Assembly (NCBI RefSeq): GCF_009914755.1
Contig: NC_060925.1
Source of the DNA: the human T2T-CHM13v2.0 reference genome, Homo sapiens
Length of the DNA: 64,000 bases
Reading direction: 5' to 3' (one strand)
Each line of letters opens with the position of its first letter. Within the stretch, counting starts at the first letter, position 1. A model generated the notes under the pieces. It was given only the letters and a program-made list of their open reading frames with translations. It was not told the DNA's origin and did no database searches. Shown here piece by piece: positions 1 through 23,926 of the stretch. The position numbers were made by a program, and so were the translations under genes.

Positions 1-1148
1 GTGCACATATGCACACACATGCACACACACACACATACATTCTCAAAAGAGTCACAGAGCAGTTTGGTGGCACCAGAGAGATGCACTAGAACAAGCACAC
101 AGAGACGTGGAAAGGTTACTATTCACATGAACTTTCGAAAAAGCAATGCCAAGTGCCGCCAGAGGTGGACACAGCCCAGAGATGGAGGAGGGAGAGTGCG
201 TGGGAGAGAGGTCCCAGGTCTGCAGGGCACGCCAGGCCTGAGGACACGTTCACAGATGTGCAGTGAGATGAGAAGGAACAGGACAGAGGTAGCAGGACTA
301 AATGTAGTCCATCCAGTTAAAGGCCATCTGGTCGTCATCTATTCTGAGATTAAGTAATCCCATGGGAAGAGCTAAGCTCTCCTTGCTTTTATAAAATGAG
401 CAGCGCAGCTTACAGAGAGGGCTCCAGGAGGAAGGACTAGGATGAGGAATGAGTTATTCTGCCTTCAACTCCGTCTCCTCCCCACAGCCCTCCCCCACTC
501 CCACCGCCAAATGAAATCTCTGTTGTAAAAATGTCAAAGGACAAAAACTTGCTTAAACCATGCCAAAGGGCATGGTGTGCACAGAGGCCAGTGCCATTCG
601 GGGCAGTGGTGGCCAAAACATGGATCCCCAGAGGACAAAGGGGCCAAGCTGAGCCTTAGAGACCCTCAAGGATGCAAGCGCTGCTTTTGAGGTCCAGGGA
701 CCCAGGCTGTTCCAGGAGTGGCCCGGGAACTCCTGCAACCAAAACACCTAGATTATGAGGCCTCCCGGGCTGCCCTGCCCGACGTCCATAGCTTCCTGGA
801 GCGCATGGGTGGGAGGGCACAGTAGGGCCAGCCCCCTGTCCCTGGTGGCATCATCTACAGGGAGAGGTGCAGTGAGACCGGTCACCTTCAGGAAATTTAC
901 AAAAGACGCAGGCGCAAGAGCCAACAAAGGAGACTGCCTATGCGTGTGGACGCCCACACCTCCAGGCAGACACTAGGAGAAGGGCAACCCTGATTTGCAT
1001 CCGTGTGACTTTAACACACATGAGCGCACATGTGCACTCACACCACACACTCAAACATGTGCACACACGTTCATAGGCACGTATATTTTGTGACATAACC
1101 CCCTACCCCTTAGTCACCCGGTCAGGGAATCAAGCTCCCTACCTTTCT

Positions 1149-1573
<425 letters not shown>

Positions 1574-2261
1574 TCAACCCACAGGGTTCCTGGGCTGGGC
1601 TCCCTCAAAAAATGCTCTGAGCAGCTTTCACTCATGACCCCCATGCACAGCGAGAGCTAGGGCCATGGAAATTCCGTGCCTGGACCAACCTCGTCTCGTG
1701 CAGCGTGGAAGAGGCGCGTAGCCCAGTGCTTGGGTTGGGAACCTCGTCATCGTCTCCTTCACGGTGATGAACAGCTACTGAGAAAGAAAAAAATGTCTTC
1801 ACGCAGTTTCTTGGAATAGTAGCTGCACCCGCGATTAATAGAGTCTGTTTCGGTAGAAGTTTTTTAGAGAAAGGAAAACTGTCACCAGCTCCATTTTGTC
1901 AGGTTCATTTCTGAGGAATCTCTTGACCACCGCGGCTTCCAAGTGGGATCGATGTTGGACTTGCAAAAGGGGAAAATTATTTTTGACTCATAAACTGGAA
2001 TGGAAGCCAAGGAAGAAACTCGGTTTGTGGCCTGCTGTTGCTAAATACAAAAATTGATTATTTTATGGAAGAAGAGCCATGGCCAGGTCAGCTGTTTTTC
2101 CCTCATAAAATCATTCAGCGACCCGATAGGAAACTGCAACGCCTGTGAGTCGTTTGCAGAGTGGTGCAGCTGTGAGAATTCTCCCTGGAAGGGCTGCCCG
2201 ACCCCTCTCCTGAGCCTCTGAAACTCGGAAGCGAGGCCAGGATGGTGATAAAGGAGGAGTG

Positions 2262-2280
2262 TGGCGCCCTCTGGCGAGAG
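2262..2280 (-). promoter_or_regulatory. CTCF motif
   Basis: Reverse complement CTCTCGCCAGAGGGCGCCA; one mismatch to the CC(A/G)CCAG(A/G)GGGCGC core. Confidence 0.55.
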
Positions 2281-3095
2281 TGGGGCTGAGTCCCTCCCAG
2301 GAGCCCAGCCTGGGTGTCCCCCTGCTGTAAAGACCCCACGGCGCACAGCCTAAGGCTCAGAGCTTTGCACGGAGTCTGCCCCTTTGGGCAACATGGAGCT
2401 GATGTGGTTGCATGTTGGAAGACCTCATTTAGATTCCAGCCAAATTAGGAGAGAGGTGCTTATCCCAGCTGGAGATGCACAGGCGGGCAAAGGGCTGAGA
2501 GCAACCCAAAGCTGGAAGGCCAACGGGGCTTAGGCCTCCTGGCCCCAGGTGCTGCCCCGGGAAAAGAGGCCGTAACGCCATCCTACCCAGCCATCGCTGC
2601 AGCAGCAGGACCTGTCTCCAGGTTAAGACTGAGCAGACATCAGGCAGCCTCCAGGTTGGCCCAAGCATCTCTCATCTGGAATAAAAGTACTTGTCAAACA
2701 TCATTATCCAGAATCTCAGGGAAAATAAAAATGAGTTCTAAGGCTTGTGAAAGAGATGGTCTTGGGACAACCCAACACCAGGACTTTTCCTCTGGGTCTG
2801 GTGGAAATATTTTGAAAGGCCAAAGAAGAGGGTTCTGTCCTTCCCAGGACCCGACTCAAGGCCTAAAGAAAGTTGTAGGGAGTTCTGGACACGGCACTAA
2901 TGCTTCAAGAAATCTCTCCAAGCTCGGACTTACTTGCCTGATAATTCCAGGTCTCAGACTGAGCTTCTCATCCAAGGCTGGGTGATTTGATTCCCATAAA
3001 TCACATCTATCGCTCTGTAGCATTGATAAGGGGCACTCTAGGCGTGAACCTGGAGCCACTGGGAATCAAGAAGGAATTCCTGTCTGTGCCATATG

Positions 3096-3331
3096 TGTGG
3101 TTCAGCGTGGGGGGGGGTTCCTTCCGAACTTTCTGCAGTTTCCTGGAGGGATGAGACACGGCCTCCATTGGGGATTGGGCAAGAATGACCTCCCTGTGCC
3201 CTGGCGCTCACACCTGGAGGTTGCTGGCCCACCCAGCCCCTGCAGAGGGTTTGAAGGTCCATGAGTCAGGTCTTGGAAGGCCCAGGGGGGAGCCTGAGAA
3301 AGAAATTCAGAAGATTCCATCATGACGTCAT
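3096..3331. promoter_or_regulatory. Candidate enhancer motif cluster (RUNX, AP-1, CRE)
   Basis: TGTGGTT 3096-3102, TGAGTCA 3262-3268 and the perfect palindrome ATGACGTCAT 3322-3331 in unique DNA. Confidence 0.4.
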
Positions 3332-3649
3332 CAATCCCCCTGAAGATCTACAGGTTGCATTTACTCCCTGGCTTCAACGCACCACATTTTAGAGAGGTTT
3401 TTTGTTTTTTGTTTTCTTGAAGTACAAGAACACCAGTGATGAAACTTGAAAGCATCCTGTACTCATGGTGGATCAGGAAAATAAGAGTTTTCTTAGACTC
3501 AGAGTCTTGGTGGGAGTGTTGGTGGGGAGGGTCTGCCCTCTGAACGGGGACATGGTGAGGGGGACTGCACTGAAGCTGTGTCCCCAACTCCTTCCTCCAC
3601 CGATGCTTCCGTTCCTCATCTCCAAAATGCCTACCGCTCTCACCCTTAT

Positions 3650-5480
<1,831 letters not shown>

Positions 5481-5662
5481 TTCTACCTCTATTCACCTTT
5501 TAGGAGTCCTAAGAATTAGTCAGTCCTGTTTGACAAATAATACCAGTATAACTGGATCTTTCCAGAAAAAGCCTGAACAAGTCCTACAGTTAAATTTCCA
5601 TTTTAGCAGGGGGAGTTGGTTGACTGGCTGCTCTGGTTAGCTGAAGGTAATAATAATTTTTA

Positions 5663-5917
<255 letters not shown>

Positions 5918-6007
5918 TTTGAAGGTACCAAAGAGGGGCTGAGAGAAAATAGCAAAGGTGGGGACAGTGCTCCAGGTGGTGTAGCCAGAAAACCCCTCTC
6001 TGCAGAA

Positions 6008-6500
6008 GTGTATCCGTTTTCTCTTGCTGTCAATTACCAATAACCTCAAACTCAGCAGTTTCAAAGAACATCCGCTTCAGAGCTCAGCATTCTAGGGGTC
6101 AGAAATCTGGGTGGGCTCAACTGGGTTCTGTGGTCAGGGTCTCACATGGACAAGATCAAGGTGTCGGCTGGATCAGGCTCCCCTCTGGAGCCTCGGAGAA
6201 AGAATCCACTTCCAAGCTCATTCCAGGTGCTGACAGAATCCAGCTTCCTGCAGTTGTCAGACCCAGGTCCCTGCCCCCTTGCTGGCCATCAGCCAGGGTT
6301 GCCCTCAGCTACTCAGGAGCACTCTCCTTCCTCCATCCTCAAAGCAGCAGTGGCACCTCGGGTCTGTCTCTCGCTTTGAATTTCTCCGGCTTCCTCCTCT
6401 GCACCAGCCAAAAACTGCTCTTTGCTTCACAGTCTTGTGCAATTAGCTTTGGCCAGCAGGATGATCTCCGTCTTCCAGTCTTCAGGTTAACCATGTCATA
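6008..6500 (-). mobile_element. MaLR LTR (old MLT1 subfamily)
   Basis: TGTATCCGTTTTCTCTTGCTG...GGTCAGAAATCTGGG...CAAGGTGTCGGCTGG, typical antisense MLT1. Confidence 0.7.
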
Positions 6501-6685
6501 AGCCATAATGCAGCCCAGGAGTGACGGCACAGTCACAGGCTCCAGGATAAGGACATAAAATGGGCCGGGCGGGGAGGGAATGTTTAGAATCTTGCCAAGC
6601 ACAGAAGGTGTCCCTGAGACCTGGAGCAGGAGGAGGCAATGAGGGCGTGGCCATGGGAGGAGAAACAGCCCAGACAGAGGGGTCA

Positions 6686-11944
<5,259 letters not shown>

Positions 11945-12081
11945 AACATCAGCTTTTAAAACACGTGTATTTGTTCGTTCTTCCTCAAAGTACACCACAT
12001 ATTGCCTGGGATTGTGGCTGGCTGGAGTTTGGATAGTCGCTGAACTCTAGAACTGACGGGAAACTTAGAAAAGGTACGGTG

Positions 12082-12235
12082 CAGAGGTTGCAAACCGGCT
12101 GCCCAGAGGCCAACTTGGCAATCAGATGTGTTTGTGTGGCCTATACAGGATGTCCTGAAGGTGTGAGCCAACGTTTCAGAATTTGGTAGCTTTCACAAAC
12201 ATTTTTTTAAAAATCAGCCATCTGGCAGCCCAGGC
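12082..12235. mobile_element. hAT-Charlie MITE fragment (MER102/MER58-like)
   Basis: CAGAGGTTGCAAACCGGCTGCCC...ATCTGGCAGCCC termini. Confidence 0.45.
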
Positions 12236-12656
12236 CCGCACCCCTCCTGGCGATGGTGGGATGTGCAGGGTGGAGGAGCCTCTTCTGCAGGTCCCCTTGG
12301 TGCTGCCACCCACACAGAGCCCCAATGCCCTAATATCTGCCCTCTCCCCTGCCTGCACCACTCCCCAAAATATGCCTTTTAGAGATAAACCCTGGGGAGG
12401 TTCCCTAATTTTCATGGGGCAAATTGTGCACGCTGACCATGAAACCTGTGCTTCTTCCCACTCTGTGGACGTCCCCTCCCTCTACAGTGACCAACTCAGT
12501 CTGGTTTGCTTAGTCTCTGGGTTTCCGTACAGAAAGTCCTGTAGCCCTGGAACCCTCCCAGTCCCAGGCAAACCGGGATGGTTGGCCACACTACCGCTCA
12601 CTTCCTATCCTTCTCCCCCACAAAAAAATTAAATAAGATAAAACAAAATGTAATTT

Positions 12657-12946
12657 AGGCAGGGTGTGGTGGCTCACACCTGTAATCCCCGCACTTTGGG
12701 AGGCCGAGGTAAGCAGATCACTTGAAGCCAGGAGTTCAAGACCAGCCTGACCAACATGGCGAAACCCCCTTCCTACTAAAACTTCAAAAGTTAGCCAGGC
12801 GTGGTGGCGCACCCCTGTAATCCCAGCTACTCAGGAGGCACAAGAATCACTTGAATGCAGGAGGCACAGTCTGTAGTGAGCCGAGATTACATCGCTGTAC
12901 TCCAGCCTGGACAACAGAGCAAGACTCTGTCTAAAACAAAAAAAAA
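12657..12946 (+). mobile_element. AluS
   Basis: Dimeric Alu consensus. Confidence 0.95.
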
Positions 12947-15035
12947 GCAATTTAATTAAAAAGCAGAGTTTTATTGAACTAAGATTTCATCTCCTCTCTG
13001 GCCTGCTTGCTGGGCTAGACATGGAAGCTGCCAGCGCCATCATCTCTGATTTTTTCGTGGTGGAAGAGGTGAGTTGTGCCGTCCTTCACCACAGTGACCT
13101 CCTGGGGCCCAGCGCCTGACTCTGTGTCTGTGATGGAGGACACCTCACATAGGATGGGCCCCAAGTCCCAGCCGACAGCAGCACACACACGCCTTGCTGC
13201 CAAATGGCAGCGCGAGCCTCTGTTTGTGATTAGGTGGCAGACTACACTCGGAACCCAGCAAGCCGATGATGAAAGCTGTTAAAAGAACATTGTTATATGA
13301 CTTTTCATAGTTTCCCAAGTAAATATTACACTCACTGCTGCTTGAATTACTAATGCTTTGGAAGTGGAGGCCGAAATCCATTCCCAAACAGACTCCCTTT
13401 TTTTTCCCTGTCACCTAGGCGCTCGGCATTGTTGTCGAATTGTTTTCCCGGGCTCGCCCGTCCTCACAGCTCAGTACATTCCCTCCGAGTGATCTCTTGG
13501 CACCTCTGAAGCCCGAGTTTGCACAGCCACCTCATTTCCCAGCTCCTCCACGCCAGCTCCCTCTGCAGCAGGCAGCTTGCCGCAGGCAGGTGACCCAAAG
13601 GTCCTCAGATAGAACTGCAGAAAAGGGAGCAAATGAAAGGAAGGCAGCCACGGCTCTGCCAAGCCTCTCCAAAGAGACCCGGCTTTGCACAGGCAACTTC
13701 AGGTGGAAGGAAAGGACCCTGCTGGAAACGTCATCTCTGGGCCCGCACTGCGGCATTTAACCTCTTCCTTAGGCTGCCCGGAGAGACAACTGGAGAAAGT
13801 GCCTTGGACCCAAACAGCTCTTGGGTCCTCACTGTTTTTATTACTGCTTATAAAAGCTAGTAAACAGATGGTTTGGGTTAGAGAAAATATGCAGTCAGGG
13901 TTATTAAAAAGAAAAAAAGCAAGCAAGCAGAAGAATGAGGAGAGGAAAGGAAAAAGCAAGAAGGCTTGTATAACAGCGAGGACGCTGACAGCTCGTCAAT
14001 CCAAACACCCCTGGTCCTGCGTGTGTCTCTCCTGGGCTGGCGTCCTTACCAAGCTGTCTGTCCCAAAAGAAGCCCCCAAGAAGTCCAATCTCACGTGGAA
14101 AACGCATCCCCTCCTCTCACCAGCCCCCTTCCTATATTCTGTCCCACACATACTCGTGTCATGCTGGTAAGATGAGTTTGGTGGTACCTGGAGCCAGAGG
14201 AAGTGAATGAAGGTTGAGCCAAGAAGAGGCTGTGGATGGCCACAGAGGTAGACAGGGAGGGAAGACAAGAAGCTTACAGGTCTCTCTGGAGAAAGAGGCA
14301 CCACGGCTATGAATATCCTGCAAGAATAGAGAGGGCAACCAGGGCGTGGGGGGCTCGGTTACGTACCTGGCAGTGACCTTGGCCAGAACGAGGCTGCCGG
14401 CTCACACCAGTCCTAAGAGGCCACAGGATGGATGGGCTTGGGATTGAACCACAGGACTAAGATGCTTGAGCAGGGTGGGGGCAAAGATGCTTCCTCCACC
14501 CTCCAGAGACCGCCCCATCCCTCACCCCCAGCAGCCCCCAAGGAGAGAGACCGCGTGCAATATTCTGTGCAAGACATCAGGGGAAGAGAGGACCGGCAGG
14601 GACATGGTCCTCGTCAACCTGTATTGTGGTCCTATCCAGCTCCTGAGGGAACTTGTCCCACATCAGAGAGGAAGAAGCCACAACAGGCCAAAAGAAGCTG
14701 CGTGTGACCCCTAAGCATCTAGAAGAAACTTAAGACAGCAAGGGCTGTGTGCTTGGAGCCTTGGGGCAAGGACCCCACAAGAGGTGGGCAGAGGTTTCTG
14801 TCTCTTTCACTTCAGCTAAAGCAACAAAGACAGAATCAGAACGAAGATGGGGACACCAAGGAGCCACAAAGGAGCCCACAGGGCAGTCACGAACTGCAGT
14901 CCTTCCAGGTCAGCCACGGGCAGAGGGCTGGTTCAAGGCGGTGGACTCGAAGTGTGGTCCCCAGACCTGCTCCTGGTCGACTGATGGTTTGCCGCTAGTC
15001 TGCCACAAAGTAAGTACAGAAATCAAGAGTTAGTT

Positions 15036-17533
<2,498 letters not shown>

Positions 17534-17624
17534 GAATGTGCCTTCTACTTCCTTTATTCTCTCCTCCCCGGAGCTGGAGGTGAGGAGGGCAACTCAAGCC
17601 TAAAAATCCCACTGGCTTCAACCC

Positions 17625-18030
17625 AGGAGAGAACAGAGTGTATGATTCCATTTATATAAAGCACAAAAACAAGCAAAAGTAGCCAGTGAGGAGATGGGAT
17701 GATCTGTGCAGCAAACGAACACGACACACGCTTACCTATGTAACAAACCTATACATCCTGCACATGTATCCCAGAACTTAAAAGTTACAAAAGAAACAGA
17801 AAACAAATAAACTAACAAGCAACCAGTGCTATGAGAAGTTAGAATGGCACTCACTTTGGGGGTACAGTGACAAGGACTGGGGAGTAAGGAGGACTCCTGG
17901 GGGTTGGCTGTGTGCCTACCCTTGATCTGGGCGTGTTCTGTTTGCAAAAATTGCAGTTTGTGAAGGGTATATGCTTATGGTTTGTACACTTTGTACATGG
18001 ATATCAAACTTCAATAAGAAGTTTTTAAAA
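17625..18030 (+). mobile_element. L1ME-like 3' fragment containing a short L1P-type 3' end (about 17695-17815)
   Basis: TATGATTCCATTTATATAAAG; TTACCTATGTAACAAACCT...CACATGTATCCCAGAACTTAAAA. Confidence 0.75.
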
Positions 18031-18304
18031 TCTGTGGGCTCTAACCACAACGCAAAAATAAAATATTAGCACCGAGGTCTTGTGAGACTCTTCTGCTGTG
18101 TTAAAAGCGCTCCGTCGTAGGACCACGGGAAAACGAGCAATGTCCTTGCAAGAGAAGCCGGGATTTGATTTTTGGGTCACTGTTTTCCCAGGTGGTTGCA
18201 GGGCAGGGGGACGGTTGACTCATTTTCCCTGCTCCCCCCACCCCGCCCTCATCCCCACCATTTGGGGCTGGATGGGGGCCAAGGGCCGGGAGATTTGGGC
18301 TGTT

Positions 18305-18951
18305 GCCTTGGTGATGCTTAAATATTGGCTTCAAGTTGTGATGGTAAAATAAATACGCAAGAGGCTTGGGGAGCTCCAACCGGTCCTGCCCGCTGTTCCC
18401 AGGTCGCCATTCAAAACCACAAAGGTGGCTCAAGTACTGTGAAGCCTGGAACTCTCACCTGGGTGGACAGGGGACAGGTTAGGAGCAGGTTGTGTCCTGG
18501 ATGCTCAGGGATCCAGGCTCGCTGCAGACGTCCACTCTGAATAGACGCTCCTGAAATTCTAGCTCAGTTTTCTGGAAATGTAGCGGCCAGGAATGCAAAT
18601 CCTGAGCATGGGGAAGTTTGCTCAACCTGTAAAGGCTGGATGGGCACAGAGGGAGTTCGAGAGCTACAATTCTGCTGTCAGGAGACGTGCTTGCCTTCAG
18701 AAGGCAAGGGCAAAGAAAACAGAGCTGTGTCTAGAGGCCAGGAGCCAGGCCACATTCAGCCCCTAACCTGCCCCCTGTCCCCTGTCCCCCCCGCCAGGTG
18801 AGAGTTCCAGGCTTCACAATACTTAAGCCACTTTCGCAGCTTTGAATGGGAATCTGGGAACAGCCGGCAGGACTGGTTGGAGCTCCCCAAGCCTCTTGCT
18901 TATTTATTTTACCATCACAACTTGAAGCCAACAAGTAAGCATCACCAAGGC
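18305..18951. repeat. Long non-Alu inverted repeat: arms 18305-18483 and 18762-18951, spacer about 278 bp
   Basis: Hand alignment gives 16 mismatches over the first 158 bp (about 90%), with perfect blocks of 31, 25 and 25 bp. Confidence 0.95.
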
Positions 18952-19977
18952 TTAAAAGATGCCTCAGGCCCATCCTGGAACCAGGAAGCAGAGGAGGTGA
19001 GATTCCCAACAGAGCCCGAGAAGACGAGGACCCCGGTGCAGGAAGCAGAGCAGAGCTTTGCCCAAGATAAACTCTCAGTTGTGGTCCTGCCTCTCTTGCC
19101 AAGATGCCGTTTGACTTGGAGGTGTATAGCAAGTTCTTAACTCCTCCGGGCCTCAGTTTCCCCATCTGCAAATCATTCTTTTTATAGACGAAGGCAGGAG
19201 AGAATAGGACTCCAGCCCTGGGAACACACCCTCCCAGGCGTATCCCAGCGCTCCCTGGCCAGGCAGCTGTGGCAGATGTGCAGAACATCTTTTCGGGTTT
19301 ACAACTCGGCTGCCCTCAGGGAAGTGGAAACTGTTGGCCTCACCCATTCCCAAAGCATCCAAATCATAAACCGCCACTAAAGTCTTGGCTCAGAAGGTCT
19401 GATTGTCCTGCTGTGTGTGCAGGGGAGGGGAGAACACACAACACTGGGCAGGGGTGGGGTGGGGACAGCTCCCTCCGGGCCAAGTTGAAGCACTAGGCAG
19501 AGCTGGGAGGGGCTCTGAGTGTTTGACAACCAGCATGAGGTCACAGCCATCCTCCTCCTGGGGTGTGATGTGTCAGCAGGCAGCGATTGGCCTGTGGGCC
19601 ATGATTCACAGCGGCAAGCATCCCTATTGAAGGCCTCGGCCCTCGGCCCTGCAGCTGCCCTTCACAGCAGACTCCTCACTTTCCCTCCGCCTCCGTCCTT
19701 CAAGGGCTCCAGCCTCAGCCGCCAGCCAGCAGGGAAGGGTGACACCCAGCAGCGGCAGGAGCTGGGGGCCCCTGGATACCCCGGGATGGTCCCCTCCAGG
19801 GCCACAGGCTGCTGCTCTGAAAAGTGACAGATCTATCCTGACGGTCCCTCTTCCTGTGTCCACACCTCCTACCTCCCACCCCTGCAGGAGGCAGCACAAG
19901 GATCCTAGTGGTTCTTTATTGAGCACCTACTATGTGCTGTGTATCAAAGGCTTTGGGTGATAACTGTCCTTTGAGAG

Positions 19978-20414
19978 GGTGTGTTCATTTCCTGGGGCGG
20001 CCATTTCAAGTCATCATAAACTGTGTGGCTTAAAAGAGCAGAAATGAGTTCTTTCACAGCTCAGGAGTCGAGAAGTCCAAAATCAAGATATCAGTGGGCC
20101 ACAATCCCTCTGAAGCCTTTAAGAAAGAATCCTTCCTGGCCTCTTCCAGCTTCTGGGGGCTCCAGGCGTTCCCCGGCTGGTGGCCACATCACCCCACTCT
20201 CTGTCTCTGTCTTCCCACAGCCGTCTCCCCTCTGTGAATGCCTCCATGTCTCCTCTTCTTATAAGCACACCAGCTGTTGGATATAGGGCCCACCCTACAT
20301 CCAGGATGATGTCATATCAGAATCCTTAATTAATTACCTCTGCAAAGACCCTATTTCCAAATAAGGTCAAATTCTGAGGGTCTGGGTGGACATGAATCAT
20401 GGGGGCCCACTACA
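19978..20414 (-). mobile_element. MLT1C-like solo LTR
   Basis: AAGTCCAAAATCAAG...CCTCTTCCAGCTTCTGG...GCAAAGACCCTATTTCCAAATAAGGTC. Confidence 0.85.
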
Positions 20415-20429
20415 GAGGGGCAGTATCAG

Positions 20430-20550
20430 TGCCCCCTTCGTACACATGAGAAAACTGGGGACCAGTGATGTGAAGTGCTTTGCACGGAGTCCCTCAGCTG
20501 GGAAGTGGTAGAGTCAGGATTTGAACCCAAGTCACCTGGCCCAGGACCCA
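20430..20550. mobile_element. MIR fragment
   Basis: ATGAGAAAACTGGGG...GTGGTAGAGTCAGGATTTGAACCCAAGTC core. Confidence 0.65.
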
Positions 20551-20556
20551 CCACTA

Positions 20557-22980
<2,424 letters not shown>

Positions 22981-23214
22981 TTAAAGTGAACAATTTGGTG
23001 GCATTTAATACAATCACAATGTCATGCAACCATCACCTCTGTCTAATTCCAAAACATTTTTATCCCCCCAAAAAGGAAACTCCCTACCCATGAAGCAGTC
23101 ACTCCTCCTCATGCCCCATCACTCCCGTCACCCACTAGTCAGCATTCTGTCTCTATGATTTATGCATTCTGGGCATTTCATACAAATGGAGTCAGACATC
23201 TGCACAGCTCCCTT

Positions 23215-23775
23215 CTCTCCTTGTCCTGACCTCCCTTCAATCCAGGTGACTGCCTCACCCCCTGCTTTCAGGGGCAGGCACATGACCCAAGTCATGCAAA
23301 TCAGAGTCATCATGATCAGTTTCTGAAGGGAGCTTGTGACTCAATCCCAGCCCATGAGAACACCCTCAGGACATCTGCTGAATCTGCAGGATAGGAGGCT
23401 GGAGTCGCTGGCAGCCACCTTTACTGCCACCCAGGGCACAGTTTCTGAGGGGAGCTTATGACTCAATCCCAGCCCATGAGAACACCCTCAGGACATCTGC
23501 TGAATCTGCAGGATAGGAGGCTGGAGTCGCTGGCAGCCACCTTTACTGCCACCCAGAGCACACCCACTTGAGAATGAGACCCACACGGAGGAAAGCAGAG
23601 ACAAAGGGGAGGCCCATTCTTGTCAATATCACCTGAGCTCCTGGATCCACCTCTGCCTGAAGGCAGAACTAGCCTTAGAGGCTGTTTACTTTTGAAAACC
23701 ATTAACACCTTCTGTACTTAAGTTAGTTGGAACTGGATTTCTGTAATTTGCAACTAAAAGAGACCTGATTAATAT
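23215..23775 (+). mobile_element. Old ERVL-class LTR (LTR16/LTR33-like)
   Basis: CATGACCCAAGTC..AATCAGAG; GCTGGCAGCCACCTT; CTGGATCCACCTCTGCCTGAAG; TTTCTGTAATTTGCAACTAAAAGAGACCTGATTAATA end. Confidence 0.6.
23317..23562 (+). repeat. Direct tandem duplication, 2 x 122 bp
   Basis: Copies start at 23317 and 23439; only 3 substitutions between them. Confidence 0.97.
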
Positions 23776-23926
23776 TTGTGGCAAGGGGGACTCCAGTTTC
23801 ACTCTCCTGCCTTGGCACCTTCCCATTCCTTGTGGAATAAAATGCAACCTCCCTCTTAAGGGGTCCTCCCTCCCCTTTCAGGCTTTGTACCCCTGCCTCT
23901 CGGTTAACACACCAGCTCCACAATTC

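Noticed and set aside
23317-23562. CRISPR-like or other prokaryotic-style array
   Set aside because: Only two contiguous copies with no spacers, in mammalian DNA; no such system is supported anywhere in the window.
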